Source of the DNA: Octopus sinensis
Taxonomy: Eukaryota
NCBI RefSeq assembly: GCF_006345805.1
Contig: NC_043007.1
Coordinates: 7,316,001 to 7,380,000 of the forward strand
DNA: 64,000 nucleotides
Direction of reading: 5' to 3'
This document shows, in pieces, positions 13,623 through 28,288 of this stretch. The position numbers and the translations under genes are program-made. The notes under the pieces are model-generated. The model saw nothing but the letters and a program-made list of their open reading frames with translations, had not been told where the DNA came from and did not search any database. How positions within the stretch are numbered: position 1 is the stretch's first letter; each line of letters begins with the position of its first letter.

Positions 13623-14588
13623 GTGTGTGTCTGTGTGTATATAATCAAAATAAGCATCAAGGATATCCAAGGTAGTGTAGTACAATCGTTTCATGCTACT
13701 TCATTTTATTATTTTGATTATAATCACCACATTTCATTTATATGGATAATACCGTAAAAAATTCTTGTGCCTTTAACTTAAGTACCATATTCATCTGAAT
13801 CTAAATTTTGCTGAACTTATATATATATATATATGCACGCCTACACACACACACATATGTATGTATGTGTCTTTGTGAGTTTGTTTGTCCATTGCCACTG
13901 CTTGATAACCGGTGTGGTTTCCTTAGTTCCCCTTAAATTAGCAGTTCAATGACTGAAGCTATTAAATGCTAAAAGACGTACAGAGACACGTAGACTAACA
14001 GACAGACAGAATTAGAAAGAAAGACAGACGTAGAGATGTGTTTCTACTGAAAAAATAAATTTGAACCTTTTGAATGCTTGTGTAGGATTTGTATCCAAGA
14101 AATACTATAGTATGGAAAAGGTCCTTGAAGACGAGAACTAGAAAAAATACAATCTCATAAAATGTCTGTGCATGCGGGCTGCTCAGTCTGGAGCAATATA
14201 TCATCGTGATCTAGAAATTAGACATTCAAATAAATCCATATTTATTAATAAAATTTCAAACATTCAGATTAGTGAACTTTTCTTCTTTTTTTTTTGCGGG
14301 GGGGGGGTATCACTTTCCACATCATGATCGTAACAGACCTATGACGCGCAAATACATGCTCGCGAGCATGCATATGTACATAGAAATACATACATATATA
14401 TTTATATATATATATTTATATATATATATATATATATATACAAAGAGCAATAAAGATTCAAGTTAATTTAAATGAATTTACTTGAATATGGTACCTAACT
14501 TAGATGCACCAAAAAAAACTATACTGATTTAACAATACAGTAATGTGGGTGATTATAAGCGAGAAAGAAGCAACAAGAATGGATAGGT

Positions 14589-14678
14589 TTTTAGTACGAT
14601 CGTTTCATACAAGGACAGGTTTTATTAAAAGTTGCAAGATTACAGCATATAAACGAGTCCCGTACTCATCAGCTAAAA
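14589..14678 (-). ncRNA. Type I hammerhead ribozyme with extended stem II, in a Penelope-like fragment (about 14440-14790)
   Basis: TTTTAG-CTGATGA-GTACGGGAC...GTCCTTGTAT-GAAA-CGATC-GTA-CTAAAA. Perfect 6-bp stem I, intact core, palindromic stem III (ACGATCGT) and GUA cleavage triplet. Confidence 0.85.
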
Positions 14679-14820
14679 TACATGTGAGTTCTCTAGACAT
14701 CCTAGTGTTTGAGGCTATACTCATTAAGTAATGTAGATAATTAAGTAACATAAACAGATTTCTAAAGTTCATTAAAGTTCTTTAAAGTTCTTTCTCGCGT
14801 ATATATATATATATATATAC

Positions 14821-14869
<49 letters not shown>

Positions 14870-15270
14870 CTCTTTTACTCTTTTACATGTTTCAGTCATT
14901 TCACTACGGCCATGCTATAGCACCGCCTTTAGTGATGCAAATCGACCCCAGGACTTATTCTTTGTAAGCTTAGTATTTATTTTATCAGTCTCTTTTGCCG
15001 AACCGCAATATTACGGGATTGTAAACACACCAGCATCGGTTGTCAAGCGATGCTAGGGCGACAAACACACACACACACGCACACACATACACACATATAT
15101 ATACATATACATATATACGACGGGCTTCTTTCAGTTTCCGTCTACCAAATCCACTCACAAGGCTTTGGTCGGCCCGAGGCTATAGTAAAAGACACTTACC
15201 CAAGGTGCCACGCAGTGGGACTGAACCCGGAACCATGTGGTTGGTAAGCAAGCTACTTACCAAATAGCCA
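14870..15270 (-). mobile_element. tRNA-derived SINE family B with internal microsatellite
   Basis: TTTCAGTCATTT...GCCATGCT...CACGCAGTGGGACTGAACCCGGAACCATGTGGTTGGTAAGC; homologous to 34835-35300 and 39460-39860. Confidence 0.85.
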
Positions 15271-17951
15271 TATATATATATATTTCCGGAGTGTGGTTTA
15301 AACCAAAGCATACGATTGTATTACAATCTTAGAGTTTCCAATTCCAGAATGTTCGCCTAAATCATCCCCGGCAACATTTAAAGCCTCCCACCAACCTCAT
15401 TTGAAAGTATTATTGATTATCTCATGAGATATTTAACATACACCGCAGGTTTTAAAACTGAATATTGCTGACGATTTGTTCCAGTAAACCCTTCAAGGCG
15501 GTGCCCCAGTATGGTCCGCAATTACAATGAAAGATATATAGTATATACAAGCAGAAAGATTGCCCTCCGGGTGGTTTTCTGTTAGTCTCTTGATAATATT
15601 TTCACGTTTGATTCCCAATAGTTTACGTCTAATTATTTCTTTGCATAACAGAGCTCACTTGCTTAGTAAATGTTTCTTTCAGTAATTTATCGTAGTTGTA
15701 ATATATCTGTAATTTATACAAACATCAAGGTAACGGAACAACGTTTAGTGTGCTAGAAATAACAGCCATCACATAGTTATTATTGCAAAGCTTACAGCGT
15801 TCTAAAAAATCATACCAACAAAATCCTTATTTATTTTTTACATTATACCTGTATATTAAAAACATTTCAGTCATTTAACAAATTCCGGAAACATATTATT
15901 CTAGAAATTATGCTTCGCAAAGTTATACAGCTATCTTGTCTAATAACATTCTGTCAATAAATATATTTTTTTCACATTACGTATATAGAATAAACTGTGG
16001 GTTTTTCAAATAGCGAATTAAAACTTGAAATGAAAACATTGAAATTATTAAGGAAATTATTAAGGAAAATAGAGGCGAGAGAGAGAGAGGCAAAGAAAAT
16101 AATTTGCTGTGTCTGGGAATAAACATTAAAACCTACTCCATAGTGAATGCAACGAATATTTAAATTTGTGAAAAACTTTTAGTTCAAATATTCAATAAAC
16201 TTAAGAAATCGAAATTACAGAAAATTTCTTTGAACATGAATTTATAAAAAAAATTCCAGACGGTCAAGCTTTTAATAATTGCTTTCTTTTAATAACCGTT
16301 ACATAACTAATTAATAAGCTGCTTTCTCCATTATATACATACATATGTATATATTTACACAAGTGTTTGTGTGGTGGGGGTAAAATATAGCTTTGTGTCA
16401 TTTGTTGCTTACCCTGTGTTTGCAGGAAACGCTCATACTTCCCGTTTTCCTCTCTCCAGCATCCAGATTTCGTCTATCTCTTTTCCGATTTCTGAGACGT
16501 TCGCTCTTCTGAGAAAGAAGCAAAAGTTAAATCTCTGTGTACAGATGTTATCTTTCTGAAGACAAAACATTTTTCTTTTCTAAAATGTAAATCTGAGAAA
16601 TAATTAAACATTCATGAGTGTTTCTAAAACTCATAAATAATTATCTGCTTGATGAAACGTCATCTCTACAACTCAGTTAATGATTGAATAATCGCTGTGC
16701 CCTCAAATATAGATTTCTTCCAAGTTTTGAACTCATATGTTTGTGTTGTTTGCAAATAGAATAGATAATTGAGTCGATAGTATATAACTGGTACATAGCG
16801 ATCATGCAGTCATTAAACTACATACAAGCTTTAAACTTTTGCCTGTTATGTATATCAAGTGTAATGCACAGGACATATTTTTCTGGTGTCTACACATCCT
16901 ATATGTTACATACTTCGAATCTTTTGGGTCTTACAAAAAATCTTTCCGGAACGTAAGATGCAAGGGTTATCTAAAAATCTGCAACCAAGTGTGGATGTTT
17001 AGGACAATCTGATGAAAAATACTTTGAGCCGGAAACAAGTTACAATATATTTATTAATTGTACAACCATCTATGCACTATTTATATACTTCGTTGTGGAA
17101 TTTTAATAGTTGTTTTCTGATCTGCAACATTTAAACTGCATACATTTACGACAATCTTATAAATTAAAGATATATAACAAGTGGAGTTTTTTTCTTAGTT
17201 TCTTGGGTTAAATGGTATTTATTTCAAATAAAACGTGGAATCTACGTAATGAAAATTAAATGTTTTTAATGGCGTAGAAATCAGAGCCATAAAGTAATCA
17301 ATCGAAACGAAAAAAATGTTCAAAATATTTGTGGGAACGTGTCTTTGTATATGTGATGCTTACTCTATCCAACTAAACAACAGCCTTCATATTGTTCCTT
17401 CGATTTTGTCTTCTTTCTCTTTTCTTTTTTCATCCAAAGAGAATCGTTAATGTTTAACAATTGAATCGTTGCGCATTTAGAGAGATTCACTTTCGTACAC
17501 GCTTCTATAACAAAAAAATAGCATTGTTTAGCAACATATCATGGCATTGTTATCGCTTATATCTTTCTGCTATCTCTGAGATCGCTCTCCCAGATATTAA
17601 GGCATTCTATTATCTGAGAGCAATTCTTTTATACTTTTGGTTTTGACTTTTTTGCAGTTTCTATCACCATTTATAACGACTTCCTTCTCATTTTCCTCAT
17701 TGTCTCATTGTCTTATTGTCCGTTTGACGCAAGCACACCCACCCACGCACATACTGATAAACAAACACACACACACACATGTATATGTGTTTTACATACA
17801 TATATTCATATATGTATGCGTGTGTGAGTATGTTATGTGTGTATGTATATTTGTATACTGAGAGAGGGAGGGAGAGAGAGAAAGTGAGATAGAAAAGATG
17901 CATTCAAAAATACACACATATATGTATACACATACAAATGCAGGCACATCA

Positions 17952-17996
<45 letters not shown>

Positions 17997-18093
17997 AACG
18001 CAAGGATATATACATATATTTACTTTTGTGTATATATGTGTGTGCATTCGTGTGTATGTGCGTTCGTGCGTGTGTGTGTGCTTGTGTGTAAAG

Positions 18094-18127
<34 letters not shown>

Positions 18128-18653
18128 ATGTGTGTGTGTATGTGCGTGTGTGTATGCACGCACACACAGGCATATACATATACACACGTACAGTGATATA
18201 TATTAGTGCATATGTAAATGTACTGTAACGCATTTTCCGTCACACTAACGCACTGTTACATTCGAATGTGTGTCCATGCGTACGCGTGCGATTCTATCAT
18301 CATATATGCAAACTAACGTGCTTGCAAGTTCATAAATATACATACAGCATTTCCAATTTGTGTATGATAATATTCAGAAAACAATGGCAATGTCACACTA
18401 AGTTTTCCTTTTAATAATTGCCATCTAAATAAGTGAATTTAACTCCCTCTTCAATTGTCTTAATCTGACACAAGATCAGCTCCTGGTAGAGAAGCGCGCG
18501 TATCACAGTACCTTCACTTGTCTATACATGTGTCTATGTGTGCACGCGTGTGTGATGTACTATTATCACATTATGCACACGCGTCTATAATCGGATTTTA
18601 TACTTTTTCATAATTTGCTTCAGTTTGTCGCTCATAAATATGCTCACATATTT

Positions 18654-18697
<44 letters not shown>

Positions 18698-18997
18698 GTG
18701 CGCGCGCGCACACACAAATGTGTATATACGGATGTAAATACATGTGAACATACAAAAGCTTAGTTGCAATTCAAGATGAAGAAAATAACCCTCGAATACC
18801 AAAAGTCGAGTAAAATATTTTACTGAAGCAGAAGAGTTCACAAACTGCAACTCAGAGTTTTTCAGAAATGATCATCAGACAATCGTGTGTATTTAAAACA
18901 ATGTGTTGTTCTCTATTCTCGCGACTGCTTGATGATCGTTTATGCAAAACGCAGAATAAAAAAATCTAAGAAGTCTTTTCAACTTTATTTCATTACT

Positions 18998-19195
18998 ACA
19001 CACACACAGATATTTATATACATACATACACACATACACATACACACAGATATTTATATACATACATACACACATACACACACACACAGATATTTATATA
19101 CATACATACACACATACACACACACACACAGATATTTATATACATACATACACACACACACACACAGATATTTATATACATACACACGCACACAT
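18998..19195. repeat. Minisatellite with a unit of about 34-42 bp (CACACAGATATTTATATACATACATACA...)
   Basis: Five copies of CAGATATTTATATACATAC separated by (CA)n. Confidence 0.85.
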
Positions 19196-20052
19196 GTGCA
19201 GTGTGTGGGGCGGGGTGTCCCCGAATACTGAACTTGGACGAACAAACCAGTTATGAATACACCCCAGCTCGTCCACAAAGAAAGTAAGTTAAACCGTGCT
19301 ACCAAAGATAACGAACCATGAGGCGCAGAATTAGCAACTGATCAGCAAACGCGAAACGCAAACCATTGAAGAAGTAGAAGCATCAGATTCCAGCCACACC
19401 AAAAAGTATAAATATTCCACGTAAACCATGCTGTCAAAATACTCCCCTGAATCGCGATATAAGTATTGATAAAGCATCATATATCGCACAATATGTATTG
19501 AGTAACCCTCTCTTAATCGTTCGCGACAACTCAATGATCATATATAAATACAGCACATGTATAGATAGATAGTTTGGATGATAACTAGAAATATATTTAC
19601 GTATGTTCTGTTGTTTTTAATTATTTGAATTCTTCCTCTGAGGAAAGAGCTGGTTTCTAACGACGATACAATCATTGAGATGTAGATAACAAAAACAATG
19701 TCACATTTTAAAACTGAGAAACGTCTTGCATATTTTTACTGTTCTGCTTACAGATTGTATCTGTAATGTGTGAATTAGCTGACTGCTTTCTTTTTCTGAA
19801 AAGCCTAGCTTATCCAGTTTCACAATTAGGCGTTCATTCACAAAAACAAGTGCACCGATTGTTATTGGTACAAATGGAGATTTATAATCTAGACATAGAG
19901 GTTGTATGTATGCAATTGTACAGTTTTATTTCAAGAATTCTTGCCAATAGAGAAAGAGCCGGTTTCTAACTGGGATCCAAGTCTCCTTCATTGCAATTTC
20001 AACATTACATAAAGGGTGTATATACGTATGTATGTATGTATTATGTATGTAT

Positions 20053-20792
20053 GTATGTTATTGTTCAGTTTTATTTCCAAATTTCTTGCCAAGAGATGAA
20101 GAACCAGTTTCTAACTGAGATCCAAGACAGCTTCATTGGAATTTCAACATTAACAACAGGGTATTTTTGTTTGTATATATATATGTATGTTTGTATGTAT
20201 GTATGTATTTATGTGCAGATTTGTATGTTTTATGCATGTATTCTCATGCATATAATTGCAAATGTATACATAATCATATATATTTAAATGATAAATTTCT
20301 GGAAAGTTTTACAGATTTCTACAGTTCCAGTGATGGATTGGATCTGTAGTCTTCGAATCAGCATTCTCGTTTCTGGTTTTGAGAAGTCTAATTTCTCAAG
20401 ATTGGCATTTAGGCAGTGTGTTACATAATCCAAAGCCCCAATAATTACAGATATAAACCTGAACTTGTAATCTGGATAGAGTAACTGCAGATTTCTCAAT
20501 AGTTCACCATAGGTGTTCTCTTTTTCACTGATCTTCAGCTTTATGTTAACATCCGCTTGGCAGCTAATATCCACAACTGTACTGAGATTCTCTTCTCTGT
20601 CCCAAATCATTGTATCAGGTCTGTTTTGCTTACATTTTACTGAGGTCTTCATGGGACATTCCACCAGTACTCCTTTTTATTATGAGTGGCTATAGCTTCT
20701 ACCATATTGTGGGTTGTTATTTCTTTGGCCTCGAGGTTATCCATCCGACGGATTTCATTATAGAATGTCCTAACTACAACGTCATTTCTCAT
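20053..20792 (-). mobile_element. R4/Dong-type (RLE) non-LTR retrotransposon 3' portion, 5'-truncated, in (TATG)n
   Basis: ORF 20284-20664 has restriction-like endonuclease motifs RPD...VVDISC...K..EKENTY...IIGAL. Upstream MRNDVV resembles RHD. Both ends abut (TATG)n. Confidence 0.8.
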
Positions 20793-20849
20793 CTATCTAT
20801 GTATGTATGTATGTATGTATGTATGTATTGCATGTATGTATGTATGTAT

Positions 20850-21634
20850 GAAAACACCCTAATCTCCTTATAAAAGTATCTTCACATTCCAATGCACTTG
20901 TAGCTCTAAAACCCCTTCGTGAAGACCCCATGAAAGTCCTCCAAGCGGAAGATGTCCAGGACCCTTGTCACAGTCGCCTTCATCTTCAAAATGACGGCAC
21001 CTGAGGTTTTCCTTCAGCTTGAGAAACACCCAAAAGTCACAGGGTTCAAGGTCTGGGCTGTGTGGAGAGCGAGGAATACATTTGATGCCCACCTCTGTCA
21101 TGTAACTAGTTACCAAGATGTTCGTCATAGAACATTCTGGTAAGTGGACACCTGACCCTCCAATTCCAAATTGTTTAAATATTGTCTTTATAGACACGTG
21201 ACTGTCTTCAGCCAGGAAATAACGCATTTCCTCAACCAGATCCGAAGTTCTGACCTCACCCTCCCTGCCAGTTCTCTCACTCCTCTCTACCTTCCTCGAA
21301 CCTCTTGTAACAGCGGGAGTGTTAATTCATTAACACGCTGGAGCAACTCGTACGCTTCATCAGTGATTTTGCCGGGTTTTAGCACAAAACCTTCATCCAT
21401 AGCCAACCCCAAAACACCGCGACAGCTCTCTAAAAGGTAGCTACTTGTGACAAGCTTTCTTTCATAGGATGTGTTAAAAGCGCTGATACGGCAGCCTCGT
21501 TCAATCTGCCAGGCAACAGCTGGTAGGTCAACTTACCAAACACACTGTAATGATATATTGAAAGTAAAACGACCTGAAGCAATTAGAGCTGTTTCTCCTG
21601 AAAAAAGTCTCAAAACATCTGGAATGCTCTTCGT
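20850..21634 (-). mobile_element. Internally deleted mariner element
   Basis: PHSPDLEPCDFWVFLKLKENL matches the YSPDLAPxDF motif of DD34D mariner transposases. Confidence 0.85.
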
Positions 21635-22682
21635 GTGTGTTATACACACAAGTAAACATATATACATGTATGTACGTATGTATGTATGTATGTATGTAGG
21701 TAGGTAGGTAGGTAGGTAGGTAGGTAGGTAGGTGCTCTTATATATATATACACTCATACATATGTATATACGTTTATTTATGTATATCTGTGTGTATGTG
21801 TGGGTGTGTATATATATGTGTGTGTATATATATATTTATATATGTATGAATGCATGTGTGTGTATGTGTGTGCTTTTTACACGTATTTATCTTCGATAAA
21901 ACTTTTTTTTCTCATTCCATATTATTAGCGACGCGCATACTGCATCAATATTTGTGTTATTAGGTGAACGTTTTTCAGAATGAAGCGATCCCTAAAGGAA
22001 TACTGACAGTTCATGGCGAACACAATTCCATAACAAGCAACTTACACCTTGCAATTCACACTCCACACAAAATACTATTGATTCTTCTTACAAAGTTGAT
22101 GCTTTGAAGCTAGATATTTTCTACGACATTCACAAGGGAATTGGACGGGAGATCAAATCGTTTTCCGACCTCTGGTAACGCTGAGAGGAGCCAACGAATC
22201 TCTAACATATTCACTTTGTATTCACAATTAACACAAAATATTACCGTTTCCTGATCTTAATGAAAGTTCTTAACGTTTTGCTAAATATCGCGCGGAGTGT
22301 CTTAATTTTCTAATCATCCAGGAGGCTACGGGTTGCAATAATCGACAACCCGAGTGACTCATGAGATTGAAATGTTCCTCTGTTCTATAAAAGATCGAAC
22401 CACATTTCTCTTAGATATCTAATACAGGGTCACCGAAGACAATTCTTCCATTTTCGTATTGGTTCATGGAGCATCCACAAATTTTCTGCCGGTTAACTCC
22501 ATATACCTGTCATCCAGGCATTATTTGCGAATCGGCCCATCACATTCATAACTTGTTCGAGTATATCAAATGATTCTTGATTTTATTTTTCGTATTTGTT
22601 GATAGAACTTTTATCTTGTAGTCTGGTACTTATTCTGTAGGTCTCTTTTGCCGAACAGTTAAACACGTGAGCAAACTTACAA

Positions 22683-23119
22683 TTGTTGTACCATTTATCT
22701 ACTTTTATATGTATAGTTTTACCCTTATGGGGCTATCTTTTACTGGAAAGTAATACATTTGTATTGCATTATTATTTTATTTGAAACTTCTTCACTGTTC
22801 TCGTTCTGTTAACGCTTTCGCGTTCAGACGAGTGTACTGGCATTGATGTGGCAACATTTGGAATTTTGTCTAGGTAAATGCAGCTGATGAAGACTAATCA
22901 AATTTACGTTGTCAAACGTATTTGAATAGTCAGAAACCGGTCCTGCATTATCCGATTCTAGGTTGTCCATTTATCGAATGTTCTTCCTGGAGGTAAGACA
23001 AATTTGTTTCATGTTTGTTGCACACACCGTCTTTGCTTGTGAAGCTATACAATAGCGTCGTATTTATTACGATTGCTATTTTCCAGTAAATATTGGTGCC
23101 TTGTTGTACCATTTATCTA

Positions 23120-23128
<9 letters not shown>
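22683..23128 (+). mobile_element. Penelope pLTR/retrozyme-like unit of about 418 bp with a 28-bp terminal direct repeat
   Basis: TTGTTGTACCATTTATCTACTTTTATAT at 22683-22710 and 23101-23128, a central hammerhead, and a (TA)n end. Confidence 0.7.
22877..22949 (+). ncRNA. Type I hammerhead ribozyme (sense to the mGluR gene)
   Basis: AATGCAG-CTGATGA-long stem II (GACTA..TCAAA..TACGTT gtca AACGTA TTTGA..TAGTC)-GAAA-CCG-GTC-CTGCATT. Perfect 7-bp stem I, palindromic ACCGGT and GUC triplet (predicted cut after 22942). Confidence 0.85.
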
Positions 23129-23167
<39 letters not shown>

Positions 23168-23171
23168 CATA

Positions 23172-23420
23172 TAGTGATGGTTTGTTGCCAACTTAACATG
23201 GCAGTCCCAGGAAAGGGAAGAATGCTACTGCTATTTAGCCCTTGGAAACACCGTTTCCAGTTGGTTATGTGACACAAGCGTTCTGTGTCCTTAAGTTTTC
23301 AAGCAGGGTAGATAAGCACCTCCACCCAGCAAAGACAGCATCCAGAGACTAGTTTCAGTCATTGCTCTTCATCAGTTTGGAGTAGCATGGTTTGCTAGCT
23401 GTCGATGCTTATGAGCCTTT
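23172..23420 (-). mobile_element. Penelope-like pLTR fragment (same family as 26623-27190)
   Basis: TGCCAACTTAACATGGCAG...TTTAGCCC...GACAC aligns by eye with 26637-26765, and it contains a hammerhead. Confidence 0.6.
23341..23381 (-). ncRNA. Minimal type I hammerhead ribozyme (weakened stem II)
   Basis: TCCAAA-CTGATGA-AGagcaatgaCT-GAAA-CTA-GTC-TCTGGA. Palindromic ACTAGT, and stem I extends via AGCAAA/TTTGCT. Confidence 0.7.
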
Positions 23421-23429
23421 GAAAACTTA

Positions 23430-23910
23430 TGGAATTTCGCCGAATGTTCTCACTGAAACGCTTCAAATCATCGCTGTAGAACTCTCGATTCGATCCTGGG
23501 GTCGAATACTCGATGCACTATAACGCGGATGTCGAAAAAATGGATGAGCATGTTCTTGATTGAGCTGTGACTCTGTCGTGCCTCTTGAAGCGTTGCACAC
23601 GAGCCTCTACCTCGTCGCCGTTAGCTTGCCGAACCATTCTGAATGCCTCTGTAGCAGACTTCCCAAGTTTAACGCAAAGTTTTACGTTGGCTTTGTTCCA
23701 ACTTCCTATCCATGACAAAAATTGCAGACTGCAGCATACAGGTGCTCACATAAACACAAATTTTACAACTAGCGAAGTAAACACAGCAACGTGACTCGGC
23801 ACACTGCCCCTATGAAGGTTGCTGCTAGCTCTCTTTGCGCACTCAACCGTGTGTTGCCCTCTGTTGGCGCGCTACAAAAGTAGTCCGGGAACTTTTTGAT
23901 ACCGTATCGC
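23430..23910 (-). mobile_element. Mariner 5' fragment (TIR plus HTH-coding region)
   Basis: ANVKLCVKLGKSATEAFRMVRQA is a mariner N-terminal HTH. The end reads, as reverse complement, GTATCAAAAAGTTCCCGGACTAC, typical of a mariner TIR. Confidence 0.8.
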
Positions 23911-24029
23911 ATGTTAATAACACCTAGGAGATGATTTTTCCGTTCGCCAAAGTAAATTGAGCTTTGGCAAAGAGGAGCTGATGTTAGCAGATGGTATCCA
24001 ACGCTCGTTGGGTGTGTCGACTCTGAACC

Positions 24030-24420
24030 GTAACATCCTCACGTTGGTGGGTCTGCAGAAGTGGCCAAGTCACTGCTCCTCATCTCCTCACAGCTCCCAG
24101 CTTAACTTCTTTCTCTTGCTCACAGCCACCCTTCTTTCTTTTGCTCCCATTCCATTGGCTGTAAGCATCCTCCGTGTCCACTGAGCAGAGAATCCCTTAC
24201 AGCCAACCTCGACTGGGAAAAGCCATGCCCCTCATCCTTTCTCCCTGCAATCCTGCAGAAAACTTTCATATTTGGCAAGCTTCCGTTCATGGGCCTCATC
24301 CACCCCCCTTCCCACGGGAATGTGAGCTCAATTGCTATCATTTTCTTGGTCGTTTCAGAAACAGAAGCACATCTGGCCTCAGGATTGTAAGGACGACCAG
24401 AGGAAGTTGAAACCTCTCCC
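24030..24420 (-). mobile_element. HERO/NeSL-like RLE non-LTR retrotransposon 3' fragment
   Basis: ETTKKMIAIELTFPWE, and in a shifted frame EVGCKGF, are RLE motifs. Confidence 0.65.
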
Positions 24421-24796
24421 CCTAGGCCCACTTTTAAACCCCAGGATTTGGCTTCATGCAGTAAGCTGTATGTCGTATTTGCCGACTTTACTGGTCTTTC
24501 TCGAACTTAATGGCAGCAATACGTAAAATATATTAAAACTATACAAGAATATGTGTCTGCGGGAGGAGTGAATTCGATTTCAAAATAGGCTGAACTGGAT
24601 TTTGTTGATGATGGAGACAGAAAGATTCTCAGACCAATAATATGAATGTTTATGTGTATAATGTACATACATACAGACATACATACGTGTGAGCGTGTGT
24701 TTAATTAAAAACCTTTCATTACATTTTTCTATAAACATTATATTTAAATTATACTTAACATTCGTACAAACTTCCAGATAATATATATATATATAT

Positions 24797-24860
<64 letters not shown>

Positions 24861-25026
24861 GTTGTGTATATATATATATATATGTATATTTGTGTATATG
24901 TATATATATATATATATTATATATATAATATATATATATATATATGTATATTTGTGTATATGATATATATATATATAATATATATATATATTATATATAT
25001 ATATATATGTATATTTGTATACGTAC

Positions 25027-25057
<31 letters not shown>

Positions 25058-26485
25058 GGATTAAGTTACAATTGTAGTATACTTGAGAAATATATAAATT
25101 TTCTTATTACTCATTATGCTTATAAAAGAACAACATTATAAAGACTGTTTTCTCTTCTTATATGCAAAGTCGCACTTGGATTTCATGAAATTGGTATGAT
25201 TACTTCGCTTTATAATCTCGTATTTTTGAAGTAGTGAACTTGAGATGTAATTACACTTGAAAGAAAATCTTTGAGACAACACACTAAAACAACGTTACGT
25301 ATTTGACGAGGCTTAATTACGAAATTTGAGTAAATAATATTTCTCTTTATTTTCAACTAAAATACATGTGTGCGTTTGTTACTCACACACACACGAGCGC
25401 ACACATATATAGCGGAATATATATATATATATATATATATATGTGGGGGGGTATGTATGTAGGTGTATGTTCGTGTGTATATGTCTGTACGCGAGTTTGT
25501 GTCTATGTATGAATGTTTTGTGAATATATATTATATGCGTGTATATGTGTGTGTATGTGTGCATACATACGTACACACACACACGCACAAGTATGTGTGT
25601 GTGCGTGTGTGTCTAAACGTATCCGATCCGATACAAATATATATATATAATAGAGTATAAGAGTTTATACATGGGGAGGAAATCACCATGTGGATTCCTT
25701 ACATACTAGAAAGCGCTGTCAAAAGCCAAGCCACGAAAGATATATTCTTATATTGCATGTTGCTTGTAGGACATTTGAATGAGTAAAAATCTCAGTTAAG
25801 CCTCTACCCATGAGTTTCACCAATAATGATCAAATAAATCGAATTAATTAGCCAATCAATTGATTAATTAAGCATCTGTGGCTCGTCAGTAAGGTCAGTG
25901 GAAAAGGCATAGTTATGAAACTATAATATCCACCGAAAATACAAAGTATACACATGAGCACTTAGTTTCATCTTTATACATCAAGTATTCAAATCAAAAT
26001 CCCTTCAGTCAACGCACAGAGTCAAAGTAGTACAGCAGTGAATAAATTCACCCTATTTTTAAATATTTAAATATTTACTTATATAAATACAGGGTAATAA
26101 TTATTAAATTAATAATTAATACTCATAAGCATGCGTAATAAAAGTCAGAAGACTCTACGTAAGATCGATCTATAAATATAAATATCTTCATAACTGTACT
26201 TAAATATTCATCGTCTGAATGTTTCCATCTTTTACTTTCACTCGTTTGCCATGTAAACATATAGACATGTTTCGTATGTCAAACTCAAACTCTTAAATTT
26301 AATATACCTCATTTCTTTATCTGTATAATTGCCTTTATACCCGCTCAACTTGATTCCTCTAACAGCCATTCTTTATCCTGTGAAATCGATCCCCTGTAAA
26401 GACATCGGAGTCTATGTTTGAATCTTTTGAGCACGACCAAATGTCTTCTACGCTGAGGATTTCTGGATCTCATCTGTAGACTACG

Positions 26486-26520
<35 letters not shown>

Positions 26521-26622
26521 GCACACACACACACAAATACACACATGCACACATATATATGTACGTATGTATATATATATGTATGTATTTATGTTTGTAT
26601 GTATATATATATATATATATAT

Positions 26623-27301
<679 letters not shown>

Positions 27302-28209
27302 GTATGTATATATGTATGTGCATATGCATTTACATACATATATATGTATATATATTTATATGTGTGTGTGTATATCCATGCGAGTGACTCCTGTAGTTCT
27401 CAGTATCAGGCAAAGCTTTACTGTCAACATGTTCGCGTTAGATAAGGGCAGACCTTTCCTTTGTTTTATCTTCAACGCTGCACTTTTGTACTCTTCAACT
27501 GTTACTTCAATGCCAGTGAATTGCTGAGTTATAAAATCCGATGGGTTTTTTTTAACGCTATCAATATTTATCCCATAAAGCATTAGGTCGTCATAAGAAA
27601 GACACGAGATATCATTCTTGATTCTGTGTATCTATATGTATAAACAATACATTTTTATTCTTTTGTGAGTAGGTTTAATAAGACATTGAAAGGCGAGGAG
27701 ACAGAGCAAGACTTTCAATCTATTGCCCAGCATGTTGTCTTTTTCATAATGTATTATGTCAGATTTGATTTGTTTGTTATCAAATCTAAGAAGGAAAATA
27801 ACGTTCCCAATCATGGTTAGTTGCTACCACTATTCATTTTGGAACGTTGACTAATTCTAATACCTTGATAACACATCTATGTTGTATGACAAAAGATTCG
27901 TTCTCGTTGTCTAGTCGCATTACGGCCAGCTTCCGGTGGCTCTTCACTCTTTTGCTTCCCCCCTCCCATTAGTAGTCTTTATACAGCTCCATACTTCCTG
28001 GCTGCTCTAGCAGTTAAAACATGAGTGGGTGTACATATGTATGCATTTGTGTATTTATGTACGTATATATGAATGTAGGTTTATGTATATGCATGAACGT
28101 GTGTATATATGTTTGTGTGTAAGTATCAATTAATACAATGTAATAATGTAAGGTAACATTTGTCAACGGATAAACGGGCGGCAGACTAAATCCGCACACA
28201 ATACGTCAT

Positions 28210-28252
28210 ATCTATATCTCTCTATCTCTCTATCTCTCTATCTATCCATCCA

Positions 28253-28288
<36 letters not shown>

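Noticed and set aside
17006-17048. CTGATGA...GAAAC motif
   Set aside because: No pairing for stems I or II.
18998-19195. CRISPR-like repeat array
   Set aside because: The context is eukaryotic and the spacers are (CA)n, so this is a minisatellite.
19940-20000. rc CAATGAAGG...GAAACCGGCT in the Dong-like UTR as a ribozyme
   Set aside because: It lacks CUGANGA and an NUH triplet in all three copies.
27356-27583. 75-aa non-repetitive minus-strand ORF
   Set aside because: No recognisable domain or splice signals; it cannot be assigned without a database search.
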